Assembly (NCBI GenBank): GCA_038883655.1
Contig: JAVZLQ010000004.1
Span: 1-64,000, forward strand
Source: Candidatus Bathyarchaeia archaeon
GTDB lineage: Archaea > Thermoproteota > Bathyarchaeia > Bathyarchaeales > Bathycorpusculaceae
Length of the DNA stretch: 64,000 nt
Direction of reading: 5' to 3'
Each line of letters opens with the position of its first letter. The stretch's first letter is position 1. The notes below the pieces were generated by a model. That model did not search any database and was not told the origin of the DNA. It worked only from the letters and a program-made list of their open reading frames with translations. Shown here in pieces: positions 40,184-52,014 of the stretch. The translations under genes were made by a program, and so were the position numbers.

Positions 40184-41173
40184 TTATGCCTTTTGCCCTT
40201 TTAACTCTACTATCTTGTTCTTAAGCGCCGGCACAACTTTGAATAAGTCGTCGATCACGCCGTAGTCTGAAAAGTTGAATATTGGCGCGTTTGGGTCTTT
40301 GTTTATCGCTATGATTAGGTCGGAGTTTTTCATTCCTAACACGTGTTGGAAGGCGCCGCTTATGCCAACTGCAATGTAAAGTTTCGGCTTGACCGTTTTT
40401 CCTGAACTGCCAACTTGGCGGTCGCTTGGAAGCCAACCCTTATCCACAACTGGTCTCGAACAAGCGAGAACCGCGCCCAACGTGTTTGCAAATTCCTCCA
40501 TCAACGGCATGTTCGCTTGGTCTTTTATGCCTCTTCCTATGCCCACAAGCTTTTCTGCCGCTGTTATGTCCACTCCGCCAGGCGGAGGCAAGACGTACTC
40601 TATGAAGTGTTTTGTTGTTATTTCTTCTGTTAGTGGCGACGGTTTTTCTATTATTTCTCCGTTTAATGGTGGTTCTGGCTTTTTGGCTGTAAATGCTGCT
40701 TGGCGCACAGTAACCATGTAGTTGTCCGCCTTTTTAAGCGAAGCCTTAACGTTGACTTTGCCGCCATACATCTGCCTAATCACCGTTAGGTTTTCGCCTT
40801 CGAAGAATATGTCTATGCAATCCGTTGCGAGCGGAATGCCTAATGCGGCGGCAAGCCTAGGAGCAAGCTCGACGCCGTAGGATGTGTGTCCAATTATTGT
40901 CAGCAGTGGTTTCTCTTCCTTGATTAGGTTCGAGAGCACTTTTTGGTAAGCTTCTGAATTAAAGTTCTCAAGTTTGGTGTCTTCTACAACCAAAACTTTT
41001 TTTGCATACTCGGAAAGCACTTTCGCCTTTTCTTTAACATCTTTGCCTAATAGGACAGCGGTTAGTTCAGTGTTTGCCTTTTCAGCTATTTCCTTGCCTT
41101 TAGTTAACATTTCATATGTTATGTCTCTTATTTGTCCCTGCCTATGCTCGGCTAAAACGAATATTTCCGCCAT
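40184..41173 (-). CDS. etfA: Electron transfer flavoprotein alpha subunit
   Basis: SRPVVD, RQVGSSGKTV, GISGAFQH, INKDPNAPIF. Confidence 0.96.
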   Translation of the reverse strand: MAEIFVLAEHRQGQIRDITYEMLTKGKEIAEKANTELTAVLLGKDVKEKAKVLSEYAKKVLVVEDTKLENFNSEAYQKVLSNLIKEEKPLLTIIGHTSYGVELAPRLAAALGIPLATDCIDIFFEGENLTVIRQMYGGKVNVKASLKKADNYMVTVRQAAFTAKKPEPPLNGEIIEKPSPLTEEITTKHFIEYVLPPPGGVDITAAEKLVGIGRGIKDQANMPLMEEFANTLGAVLACSRPVVDKGWLPSDRQVGSSGKTVKPKLYIAVGISGAFQHVLGMKNSDLIIAINKDPNAPIFNFSDYGVIDDLFKVVPALKNKIVELKGQKA

Positions 41174-41962
41174 TTATATGAGCCCCCTCGACTTGAGAAT
41201 TTCAACAATTTTCGCTGCAATTTCGTCTGGGCTTCCCTTGAGGAATTCCGCTTGCTTCTCCACTGGTGGCACGTAAAGCTTCTCTATTCTAATCCATGAG
41301 CCTGCTTCTCCAACATCCGCCTCGCTTAGCCCAGTTTCAGCCAGACTCATGACTTTTATTTCTTTTTGCATTGCCTTGCGTATGCCCATTATCGAAACGT
41401 AACGTGGCTCGTTTATGCCTGTCTGAACCGCAAAAAGCGCTGGAAGCCTAACCTCTAAGACTTCTTCTAGTCCGCCTTCAAGTTCACGGTTAACTCGCGC
41501 TGTTCCAGTGCCCAACTCGATTTTCTTAACAAGTGTTGCGTGTGGTATTCCAAGCATTTCCGCCAGTATTGGACCAACCATTGAGTAGCCGTCGTCTCCA
41601 GCTTGAAAACCAGTTAAAATCAAGTCATAATGTAAGTTTTTGATTACGCTGTGTAGAATTTTTGCGGTTGCGTAGCCGTCTGAGCCCTCAAATTTTGGGT
41701 CTGAAACGCGTATGGCTTTATCTGCGCCGCGGGCTAGGCATTTGCGCAGTGTGCTGTCAGAATTTTCCGCGCCCACTGTTATGGCTGTGACTGTTCCGCC
41801 GAGTTTTTCTTTTATGCGCACTGCCTCTTCAAGCGCGTAGTCGTCCCACTCGTTGATGTCGAAGACCAATCCCGCTTTTTCTATGGTTTTTCCGCTTGCA
41901 TGGATTTTCAGTTCTGCCTCTGCCGTTTCTGGAACATGCTTAACACAAACAATTATATCCAA
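41174..41962 (-). CDS. etfB: Electron transfer flavoprotein beta subunit
   Basis: IIVCVKHVP, NEWDDYALEEA, GADKA, NEPRY. Confidence 0.95.
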   Translation of the reverse strand: MDIIVCVKHVPETAEAELKIHASGKTIEKAGLVFDINEWDDYALEEAVRIKEKLGGTVTAITVGAENSDSTLRKCLARGADKAIRVSDPKFEGSDGYATAKILHSVIKNLHYDLILTGFQAGDDGYSMVGPILAEMLGIPHATLVKKIELGTGTARVNRELEGGLEEVLEVRLPALFAVQTGINEPRYVSIMGIRKAMQKEIKVMSLAETGLSEADVGEAGSWIRIEKLYVPPVEKQAEFLKGSPDEIAAKIVEILKSRGLI

Positions 41963-42096
41963 AGTTTTCCCCTCTTAAATTGTGAAGTGTTGATAACAAA
42001 TCGTTTTCATATAACTTTTGCTTGTCTCACTTGCATTTCGAACATTAACTTTTGAAAAATCTAGAGGGGGTATCCAATTTGGCTGTTTCTGGAAGC

Positions 42097-44463
42097 CTAA
42101 ATTGTCAGTTGCTGCTTTATATTGGTTCTTTTTTCCTCCGCGAGAGGTCCAAACTTCTTTATTCTGTCCGTGAACATCGTGAAAAGTTCTGCTGCCTTCT
42201 TGTAAACTGGCAATGGAACATAACTGTAGCGCAGGCGCATTGATTCTACGCCGTATTTTGCTAGGTCTCTTCCCATGTCAATCATGCGTTTCTTTGTGAA
42301 CTTCTCGTCTATTTCCTCTGAGCCCTCAATCACTAGGATGCCGTCCGCTCCATAAGCAAAAGCGTATAGGATATGTTTTAATCCCAAGATTGCTGTTGAT
42401 GGCACAGCAACTATGCGAACGTTTTCCGGATAGTTTGTTCTGTCCAATCCCAAAAAGTCTATTCCAGTGTAACCAACATTTTTGTCGACAAAGGCGATTA
42501 TCCGCACTTCGCCAGCCTCTTTTTCCGCTAGTACGCCTCTCAATGTTGCGAGAATCTGCTTTGTCGTTGCATTCTTAAAGTCTATGGCTTCTTGTGGGCA
42601 CACTGGTATGCATGCACCGCATCCGACGCACTGAAACGGGTCTATTTTCGCTTTTCCTTCAACCATTGTTATGGCGTTCACTGGGCAGATTGGTACGCAT
42701 GCTTGGCAGCCATTGCACAGGTCCGATATGATGTAGGCTTTTTCTGGACTTGTGGTGACGTATTCGCTTTTGAGGAAGAGCGCCGCCCTCGCCGCTGCGC
42801 CCAAACCGTCTGAAACAGTGTCTCTAACGTCTTTTGGGCTTAGAGTGCATCCGCAAGCGAAAATTCCAGTGACAAGCGAATCGACAGGGTCAAGCTTTGG
42901 ATGCTTCTCGGTTATGAAACCGTCTTCGCCAATTGCCACCTTCATTTTTTCGGCAAGTTCCTTAAGTCCCGCTGGCGGAACCATGGGCGTAGCTAAAGCA
43001 ACCATATCATACTCGTCTTCGCGCATCTCGCCAGTTAATGTGTCTTCAGCCAAAACCACAAGCTTGCCATTGGCGTTGTTCTTGTAGATTTCAGCCACCT
43101 TGCCCTTGATGAAGACGACGCCAGCTTCTTGGTCACGCCAGTACAAGTCCTCATAGCCCTTTCCAGTCGCCCTAATGTCTATGTAATAGATGGTTACGTC
43201 TATTCCAAGCATCTTTTTAAGTACAAACGCTTGTTTAAGCGAGTACATGCAGCAGATGCGGCTGCAGTACGGGATGTAGTTTTTGTCACGTGAACCAGCG
43301 CAGAGGACAATCGCCATTTTCCTAACATCACTTCCGTCAGCCCTCTTAACAAAACCACCAGTTGGTCCAGTTGCGGATGTTAGCCTCTCCAGCTCCATCA
43401 TTGTTATTACGTCTTTGTATATGCCATAACCGTAAATCTCCAGCTTCCGCGCGTCGTAGAGCTGGTATCCAGTAGCCAAAATTATCGCGCCAACGTTTAG
43501 CTCAACCACTTTGCCCGCGTCGTCTATGTTTATGGCTTTTGCTGGGCAAAGCTGCTCGCATTTTCGGCATTTGTTGCAAGCGTTGAAGTCTATGGCGTAG
43601 GCTGATGGGACTGCCTGTGGAAACTCGATGTAGGCTGCTTTCCTCTGCGTTAAGCCTTCATTAAACTCGTCTGGAACCGTTATTGGACAAACTTTGGCGC
43701 ATACGCCGCAGCTTCTGCACTTTTCAACGTCCACGCCTCTTGGCTTCATGAAAACCTTAACTTTGTAATTACCTGGTCTCCCGCTTACTTCTTGCACTTC
43801 AGCATAAGTCAGCAAATTCACGTTCGGGTTTCTTCCAACCTCGGCCATTCTCGGCGTCAAAATGCACTGGGCGCAGTCCAATGTTGGAAAAACTTTTGTA
43901 AGCTTTGCCATGTTGCCGCCTATGCTTGGCTTTCGCTCCACAAGGTGCACCTTATAACCCAAATATCCAAGCTCAAGCGCAGCTGTTATGCCGGCTATGC
44001 CGCCGCCAATTATGAGGATTTCCCTTGACCCTTTCTCACTTATAGTTTCTAGTGGTTCAAGTTCGAAACTTCTTTCGTAACCGCCTCGGATTAGGCTTAT
44101 GGCTTTTTTTGTGGCTTCTGCCGAGGCATGTGGACCGTGAACCCATGAGCTTTGTTCGCGGATATTTACAAACTCAAGCATGTAAGGGTTTAGTCCAGCC
44201 CTTTCCAAAACGCTTTGGAACGTTTGCAAGTGCATGCGCGGCGTGCAACTTGCGACTACAACGCGGTCAAGGTTGTTCTTTTTTATGGCTTCAATTATCA
44301 TTTCCTGGGCGGGCTTTGAACACAAGTACTTGTGCTGTTTGGCGACAACGACGCCTTCCCAATTTTTAACAGCTTCAACAACAGCCTTAACATCCACCAC
44401 ATCGCCTATGTTTCCGCCGCATTCGCAGACAAAAATTCCAATTCTCGGCGTTTTCTTCTCCAT
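42097..44463 (-). CDS. hdrA: HdrA-like flavoprotein fused to a Cys-less MvhD-like domain
   Basis: FVCECG, GGGIAG, FPTLDC, CSRICCMYSLK, inserted and C-terminal ferredoxin domains; tail aligns to MvhD (YPENVRIV, GADG) but has no Cys. Confidence 0.92.
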   Translation of the reverse strand: MEKKTPRIGIFVCECGGNIGDVVDVKAVVEAVKNWEGVVVAKQHKYLCSKPAQEMIIEAIKKNNLDRVVVASCTPRMHLQTFQSVLERAGLNPYMLEFVNIREQSSWVHGPHASAEATKKAISLIRGGYERSFELEPLETISEKGSREILIIGGGIAGITAALELGYLGYKVHLVERKPSIGGNMAKLTKVFPTLDCAQCILTPRMAEVGRNPNVNLLTYAEVQEVSGRPGNYKVKVFMKPRGVDVEKCRSCGVCAKVCPITVPDEFNEGLTQRKAAYIEFPQAVPSAYAIDFNACNKCRKCEQLCPAKAINIDDAGKVVELNVGAIILATGYQLYDARKLEIYGYGIYKDVITMMELERLTSATGPTGGFVKRADGSDVRKMAIVLCAGSRDKNYIPYCSRICCMYSLKQAFVLKKMLGIDVTIYYIDIRATGKGYEDLYWRDQEAGVVFIKGKVAEIYKNNANGKLVVLAEDTLTGEMREDEYDMVALATPMVPPAGLKELAEKMKVAIGEDGFITEKHPKLDPVDSLVTGIFACGCTLSPKDVRDTVSDGLGAAARAALFLKSEYVTTSPEKAYIISDLCNGCQACVPICPVNAITMVEGKAKIDPFQCVGCGACIPVCPQEAIDFKNATTKQILATLRGVLAEKEAGEVRIIAFVDKNVGYTGIDFLGLDRTNYPENVRIVAVPSTAILGLKHILYAFAYGADGILVIEGSEEIDEKFTKKRMIDMGRDLAKYGVESMRLRYSYVPLPVYKKAAELFTMFTDRIKKFGPLAEEKRTNIKQQLTI

Positions 44464-44561
44464 GACGAGTAATCTCCACTTTCAATGATATTTTTGACTC
44501 ATAGAAGGGAAAACACTTATTAAAAATCTTACCCCCAAAAATCAGTCAAAGTGACATCTAA

Positions 44562-45671
44562 ATGAACGTTCAAGAACTCATCCAAAAACACAAACTTCTC
44601 GAATGCATACAATGTGGAATGTGCACGGGCAGCTGCCCAGTAGCCAAAAAAGCCAACTTAAACGTCAGGCGCTACATGCGCGAGGTCTCCGCGCTGGGAA
44701 GGTTAACAATTCATCCACAAAACGAGCTGTGGAGCTGTACAACGTGTTCCACGTGCGGCGTCCGTTGCCCGAAGGACCTTAACCCATACGAGTTCTTAAT
44801 AGACATCAGAAGCGTGGCTGTTGAAGAGGGACAAATAGCGCCAACTATACGCGATGCGCTTGAAAGCACATTTAAGAATGGAAATCCATGGGCTAGAATC
44901 CGAAGCAAACGCACTGAGTGGAGCCAAGGCTTAAACGTTAAACACATTTCACAAGGTGCAGAAATCCTCTATTATGTTGGTTGCACACCGGCTTATGACC
45001 CGCGTGTTCAAAACGTGGCTAAAAGTTTTGTTTTGTGCCTCCAAAAGGCTGGAGTAAGCTTTGGAGTTTTAGGCGAAGAGGAAAATTGCTGTGGAAGCGA
45101 AGTTTACGGCATGGGCGAGAAAGGCTTGTTTGAATTTCTAGTTGAGGAGAACATGAAAATCTTCAACAAATACGCCGTCAAACAAGCCGTAACAAACTGT
45201 CCACATGGCTTTCACGCCTTCAAAAACCGCTACAACCAAACAAGCTTTGAGCCGCTTCATCACACGCAGTTGCTAGCCAAACTTGTAGACGAGAAAAAAC
45301 TAACCTTCACAAAAGAAGTGAACAAAAAGGTAATTTACCATGACCCATGCTTCCTTGGCAAACAAAACGGCATATACGAAGAACCAAGAAAAGTTGTTGA
45401 GAGCATTCCAGGCGTGACGCTTTTAGAGTTTGACCGTTCAAGAGCCAGAAGCCTATGCTGCGAGGGAGGAGGCGGAAGAATGTGGGTTGACATTCCAGGT
45501 CCAAGATTGGCTGAAATACGCGTTAGGGACGCTGTAGCTGCTGGCGCTGAAATTTTAGCTGTGGCTTGTCCATTCTGCCTCTTAACGATTGAAGATGCTG
45601 TTAAAACAACTGGCAACGAAGGGAAAATCCAAGTCTTGGACATAGCCGAGTTTGTTACCCAGGCAATCTAG
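44562..45671 (+). CDS. HdrD/GlpC-like Fe-S oxidoreductase (2x[4Fe-4S] plus two CCG domains), soluble
   Basis: CIQCGMC, CTTCSTC, ENCCG, YHDPC, CCEGGGG, ACPFC. Confidence 0.9.
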   Translation: MNVQELIQKHKLLECIQCGMCTGSCPVAKKANLNVRRYMREVSALGRLTIHPQNELWSCTTCSTCGVRCPKDLNPYEFLIDIRSVAVEEGQIAPTIRDALESTFKNGNPWARIRSKRTEWSQGLNVKHISQGAEILYYVGCTPAYDPRVQNVAKSFVLCLQKAGVSFGVLGEEENCCGSEVYGMGEKGLFEFLVEENMKIFNKYAVKQAVTNCPHGFHAFKNRYNQTSFEPLHHTQLLAKLVDEKKLTFTKEVNKKVIYHDPCFLGKQNGIYEEPRKVVESIPGVTLLEFDRSRARSLCCEGGGGRMWVDIPGPRLAEIRVRDAVAAGAEILAVACPFCLLTIEDAVKTTGNEGKIQVLDIAEFVTQAI

Positions 45672-45742
45672 CGAAATTTTACTGATTTATGTTTCAAAAT
45701 GTTTTTACATCAACAAGGCGGTTAAATTACTTAGTGGTCTGT

Positions 45743-45925
45743 TTGGCGAGAGAGAAAAAGAAGCGCAAGGCTTCTAGAGAGGAAAGCGAAAAGAATTTTT
45801 ACTGTGAAGTTTGCGGCTGCGAAATTGACGAGGACGAATACGAGAATTTTGATGGCATGTGTTGGGAGTGCTGGGACGACCAGATGACAGAGGAATCAGA
45901 TGACATGTTTGGGGATGTCATGTAA
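45743..45925 (+). CDS. Small acidic CxxC...CxxC protein
   Basis: CEVCG..IDEDEYENFDGMCWEC; start uncertain (45689 or 45743). Confidence 0.65.
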   Translation: MAREKKKRKASREESEKNFYCEVCGCEIDEDEYENFDGMCWECWDDQMTEESDDMFGDVM

Positions 45926-46071
45926 TGGACGAGGAAACAGAAGTTTACAGATGCCTATTATGCGGAAAGCAAATCTCACAGGAGGAATACGAGCTTTTCG
46001 ATGGCTTATGCCAGGAATGCTACGAAATTGAAATAAGCGAACTTGACTTTGACATTGACGAAGACGATTAG
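45925..46071 (+). CDS. Small acidic CxxC...CxxC protein, paralog of the upstream gene (not in ORF track)
   Basis: Manual translation MDEETEVYRCLLCGKQISQEEYELFDGLCQECYEIEISELDFDIDEDD; TAATG stop/start overlap. Confidence 0.7.
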   Translation: MDEETEVYRCLLCGKQISQEEYELFDGLCQECYEIEISELDFDIDEDD

Positions 46072-46128
46072 GCGCATGCAAAATTGATAAGACTTGACAA
46101 CAAAATATTAGCGTGGAGGCTGCTACGC

Positions 46129-47064
46129 ATGGAAAAGTGGGACCTAATCATTATAGGCGGTGGCGCCGCTGGCTTGGCGGCTGGAATCTACGGCGCAAGA
46201 AGCGGACTAAAAACGCTGGTTTTAGAGGAAAAGATGGTTGGAGGCACAACTGCTGACGCCCCGCTCATTGAGAATTATCCGGGATTCGAAAGTATAAGTG
46301 GTATTGAGCTTGCCCAGAAAATGGCTGCGCACTGCAGAAAAGTGGGCGTGACAATACGCGAATTCGAGAAAGTTTTAGGCATGGACTTGAAAAGTGAAGC
46401 CAAGCTGATAAAAACAAACAAAGCCACCTACGAAGCTAAAGCGGTCATAATTGCGTCTGGCTCGCATTATCGCGAATTGGGCGTTCCAGGCGAAAAAGAG
46501 TTTCGCGGAAGGGGTGTAAGCTACTGCGGCATCTGTGACGGACCACTGTTTAAGGGTAAGCGTGTGCTCGTTGTTGGCGGAGGCAACTCCGCCGTTGTAA
46601 CGGCTTTGTATATGGCTGAAATTGCTAGCGAGGTCAAGGTTTCGCATAGGCGAGATGCTTTTAGGGCTGAGGAAGCACTTGTAAAAGCGTTAAAAGAGAA
46701 AGCCAACGTGGAAATTTTGTGGAACACTGAGGTTAGGGAGATTAGAGGCGAAAAACTCGTGAACAAGGCGGTAATCTTCAACAACAAAACCAACGAAACC
46801 AGCGAGTTGCCCATCGACGGCGTTTTCATACAAGTTGGCGAAGACCCAAACAGCCAACTAGCCAAAGAAGCAAGCGTAGCCACAGACGAGGAAGGTTACA
46901 TAATAATTGACATACGCCAGAGAACAAACATTCCAGGGGTTTACGCCGCTGGAGACGTCACAAACCATCCGGTGAAGCAAGTTGGAACGGCTGTTGGGCA
47001 GGGTATAACCGCCGCGCTTGAGGCTTATGGTTATATTCGCAGACCTTACTATTATAAACCCTAG
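46129..47064 (+). CDS. trxB: Thioredoxin-disulfide reductase
   Basis: GGGAAG, ENYPG, GVSYCGICDG, GGGNSA, HRRD, AAGDV. Confidence 0.93.
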   Translation: MEKWDLIIIGGGAAGLAAGIYGARSGLKTLVLEEKMVGGTTADAPLIENYPGFESISGIELAQKMAAHCRKVGVTIREFEKVLGMDLKSEAKLIKTNKATYEAKAVIIASGSHYRELGVPGEKEFRGRGVSYCGICDGPLFKGKRVLVVGGGNSAVVTALYMAEIASEVKVSHRRDAFRAEEALVKALKEKANVEILWNTEVREIRGEKLVNKAVIFNNKTNETSELPIDGVFIQVGEDPNSQLAKEASVATDEEGYIIIDIRQRTNIPGVYAAGDVTNHPVKQVGTAVGQGITAALEAYGYIRRPYYYKP

Positions 47065-47153
47065 GTGTGCTCCAAAACCATTATATTATTGGAGTTGCCA
47101 TCAAAAATCTTCTTAAGCCTTTACGCGTTAGGCGTGAGGCAAGTTTACGCTAG

Positions 47154-48395
47154 ATGGTGGAGAAATGGTGCATGAACGAAGCTACGTGCGCTGCTGCTGT
47201 GCGCATAAATCAGGACTATTGTAGTAAATGTGCGGTTTGCTATGCTGTTTGTCCCTATGAGGCTGTAAAGCGGGATCCAGAAAGCGGCAATTTCGAGGTT
47301 GACATTCAAAAATGCCAAGTCTGCGGAATCTGTTATAGCGCTTGTCCATCATTAGCCATAGAAATTGTCTATTACAATTACGAAAATTTGATGGAATATT
47401 TGGAGCATATGCGCGAGAAAGTCAAAAGCGAAACACTTGTTCTGATGTGTCGTGGCAATTCTCCCGCAACGTGTGAAGTTGAGGAAATTCTGAAAGCTCA
47501 TGGCTTAAACGTGAAGGATTACATTCCACTGCGGATTCCGTGTTCTGGTCGTGTGCCAACAGAATTTGTTTTTAGGGCTTTAAATTCTGGCATTAAAAAC
47601 GTAATTTCAATACAATGTGAGGACGAGTTCTGCCGCTTCAAAAGGGGAACAAAAATCAACACGAGGAGGCTTATGCTTGGCAAAGCCGTTCTGGAGCAGC
47701 TGGGCTTCAGCAAAGATGCTTTAAAAGTGGTAAAGTATTCACATAAGGCTGTTTACGACACTGAAAAGTGTGTTGGCTGCGATAAATGCGTTTTCATCTG
47801 CCCCTACGGCGCAATTGAAGCCGAAGAGTTTGCAACGCCACGGATAATCCAAGAGGCGTGTATGGGTTGTGGAGCATGCGCGTTGGTTTGTCCGCACTTG
47901 GCAATACAGGTTAAAGGTTTCGAATTTGAAAACATCAGCAAGCTTGTGAGGCTTTATGGAGAAGCTGCGAGAAAAATGAAGGGAGAAGCTAACTTTCCGT
48001 CAATACTTGTCTTTTGCTGTCAATGGTCAGAATTCTCTTGCCTAGACGACCCAGAATGCCTACTTTTCAAAAAGAAGGCTGTAGCCATGGAAATCCCATG
48101 CTTCAAGGCTTTAGATCCAGTTCACGTTGTCGAAGCATTACATAGCGGCTTCGACGGTGTAATGGCCGTTGTCTGCTCAGCTGAGGACTGCAAACTTCAA
48201 GAGGGAAGAGAAACAGCCGAAAGAAACATGGACGTTCTTAAAGATTTTCTAAAAAAGAATGGTTTACTTGAGCGTTTCGAGCTTTTCACGGTTTCTCCTC
48301 GCTGCGTAGGTGAATTTAACCAGAAATTTGAGGAGTTTTTCAAAAAGATTGCGTCTATGCCGCCCTTGAGGCTTGAGGTTTTGGAGGCGAAATAG
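47154..48395 (+). CDS. Tandem (2x[4Fe-4S] ferredoxin + MvhD-like)x2 protein
   Basis: Four CxxCxxCxxxCP motifs in two pairs, each pair followed by an MvhD-like segment (RIPCSGRV...QCEDEFC; VFCCQW...IPC...VCSAEDC). Confidence 0.8.
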   Translation: MVEKWCMNEATCAAAVRINQDYCSKCAVCYAVCPYEAVKRDPESGNFEVDIQKCQVCGICYSACPSLAIEIVYYNYENLMEYLEHMREKVKSETLVLMCRGNSPATCEVEEILKAHGLNVKDYIPLRIPCSGRVPTEFVFRALNSGIKNVISIQCEDEFCRFKRGTKINTRRLMLGKAVLEQLGFSKDALKVVKYSHKAVYDTEKCVGCDKCVFICPYGAIEAEEFATPRIIQEACMGCGACALVCPHLAIQVKGFEFENISKLVRLYGEAARKMKGEANFPSILVFCCQWSEFSCLDDPECLLFKKKAVAMEIPCFKALDPVHVVEALHSGFDGVMAVVCSAEDCKLQEGRETAERNMDVLKDFLKKNGLLERFELFTVSPRCVGEFNQKFEEFFKKIASMPPLRLEVLEAK

Positions 48396-48396
48396 G

Positions 48397-50635
<2,239 letters not shown>

Positions 50636-50724
50636 TGTCAAATTTAGGCGTCTGCTAAAGCATAAAATGGATACCCTCTCTACGTTTTTGGCTTAGTTTC
50701 CAATCAAGAATGACTCTCCCTCTT

Positions 50725-51147
50725 CTAGATTTTAGCTGCAAAATTTCCAATATTTCTAACAGCAGCTTCAAGAAAATCCTCGAATCTCTTTAGACACTTT
50801 GGCGGGACTATTCTAGCAACATTAAATGAAACCAACCTGTAAACTGTCCGTTCTTGTCCAGTCTCTACTTTAGCCACTACCATCGGTCTTTTACAATTAG
50901 GACATAAAGAAAAATAAACTGAAACCTTCTCTTTTTTATCTTTGCTTGTAACTACTAAATATTTAGGTTCAGGGCAAAGATGACCTTTAACATCTTCGGA
51001 GTATAAAGTTTTAACTTCATCAAAAAACGATATGTTGACAATGAGGGCATTTTCCACTAGACCCTTCTTTGTAGGATAATTCTTCCGACAAATCGCATAC
51101 CACTTAATTCTAAATTTCGAATTATTTTTATGTTTTTCACTTCCCAT
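50725..51147 (-). CDS. Hypothetical protein in AT-rich islet
   Basis: 140-aa ORF with GAGGTG RBS-like sequence upstream and a CPNC motif. Confidence 0.55.
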   Translation of the reverse strand: MGSEKHKNNSKFRIKWYAICRKNYPTKKGLVENALIVNISFFDEVKTLYSEDVKGHLCPEPKYLVVTSKDKKEKVSVYFSLCPNCKRPMVVAKVETGQERTVYRLVSFNVARIVPPKCLKRFEDFLEAAVRNIGNFAAKI

Positions 51148-51280
51148 TTATTACCACCTCAGCAAGGGATAAGAAATTTTATGTTTTCACTCTTTATGGC
51201 GTTAGGAGACGCTAGGCTTGTTTTCTGATTTTTCAGCTTAACCTTATCCATCAAGCACACATAGCGTCTTTGTTTTAGTC

Positions 51281-51616
51281 TTTCAAAGCACCATTTCAAA
51301 ATTGTCTTATATTCTTACATTGTTTCTAACTGTTATATCACTTCTGATTGCTTTTCCAATTCAAGGGCTTAACGAAACTATCCAATTAATAATTCGGGTA
51401 ATGCTTACAATTTTTATTGGCGTATTCTTTGTTTATACTATTTGATCTATTAATTCTATTTCAAGGAATTACGAACAAGAACTCCAAAAAATTTCTGAAA
51501 TGCTTGAAGAAGTTAAACAAGGAAATGAGCTGCCAAAACTTGAAGATATTGCCAAAAAATGTCAAAGAAAAAAGGTGTATGAAACTAGCTTCTGCCTTTA
51601 CCATAAACCCAAATAG
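51281..51616 (+). pseudogene. Decayed 2-TM + coiled-coil membrane protein remnant
   Basis: Frame FQSTISKLSYILTLFLTVISLLIAFP...FIGVFFVYTI*SINSISRNYEQELQKISEMLEEVK, with internal TGA at 51443 and no clear start. Confidence 0.4.
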
Positions 51617-51698
51617 TAAAGCCAAAATTATAACCGTACAAAATTTAGCTTCTGAAGGCAGATTATAATCTCATAAATCGCAACTATTGCCTTATCTT

Positions 51699-51908
51699 TC
51701 AGCTTTTTAGCGATTCTCCTAATGCCAGCACGCCAGCTGCTATAGTGGCGCCGATTAAGGCGATTATTGCTTGAAAGCCCCCGGGACTAGGCGGGTGCTC
51801 TATTAGTGCTCCTATAAGCCAGCCTGCAAGTGTGAATAGGGCTATGCCAATGAATGCGAAGCTAAACTTCACTTTATCCATTACCAATCCATCCTTTTTA
51901 TCAGACAT
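51699..51908 (-). CDS. Small 2-TM hypothetical protein
   Basis: Two hydrophobic helices, ATG start, AT-rich upstream promoter-like sequence. Confidence 0.55.
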   Translation of the reverse strand: MSDKKDGLVMDKVKFSFAFIGIALFTLAGWLIGALIEHPPSPGGFQAIIALIGATIAAGVLALGESLKS

Positions 51909-52014
51909 AAGTTGATTTTAAAGTTATAGGTTTAATTAACTTTGAAAATGCTGTTTATTTTTAGGTAAACTTTTAATCCTCGCCGCCGAATCTTCAAGGT
52001 GCTGGTGTCTTAGC

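Noticed and set aside
51443-51445. In-frame TGA as selenocysteine
   Set aside because: It lies at the end of a TM helix in a start-less frame, with no redox motif or evident SECIS. The Mvh and Hdr genes here use Cys codons with no in-frame TGA.
51417-51668. 83-aa ORF from the track as a real gene
   Set aside because: The overlapping frame (51281-51616) looks more protein-like; this one is probably a shadow ORF.
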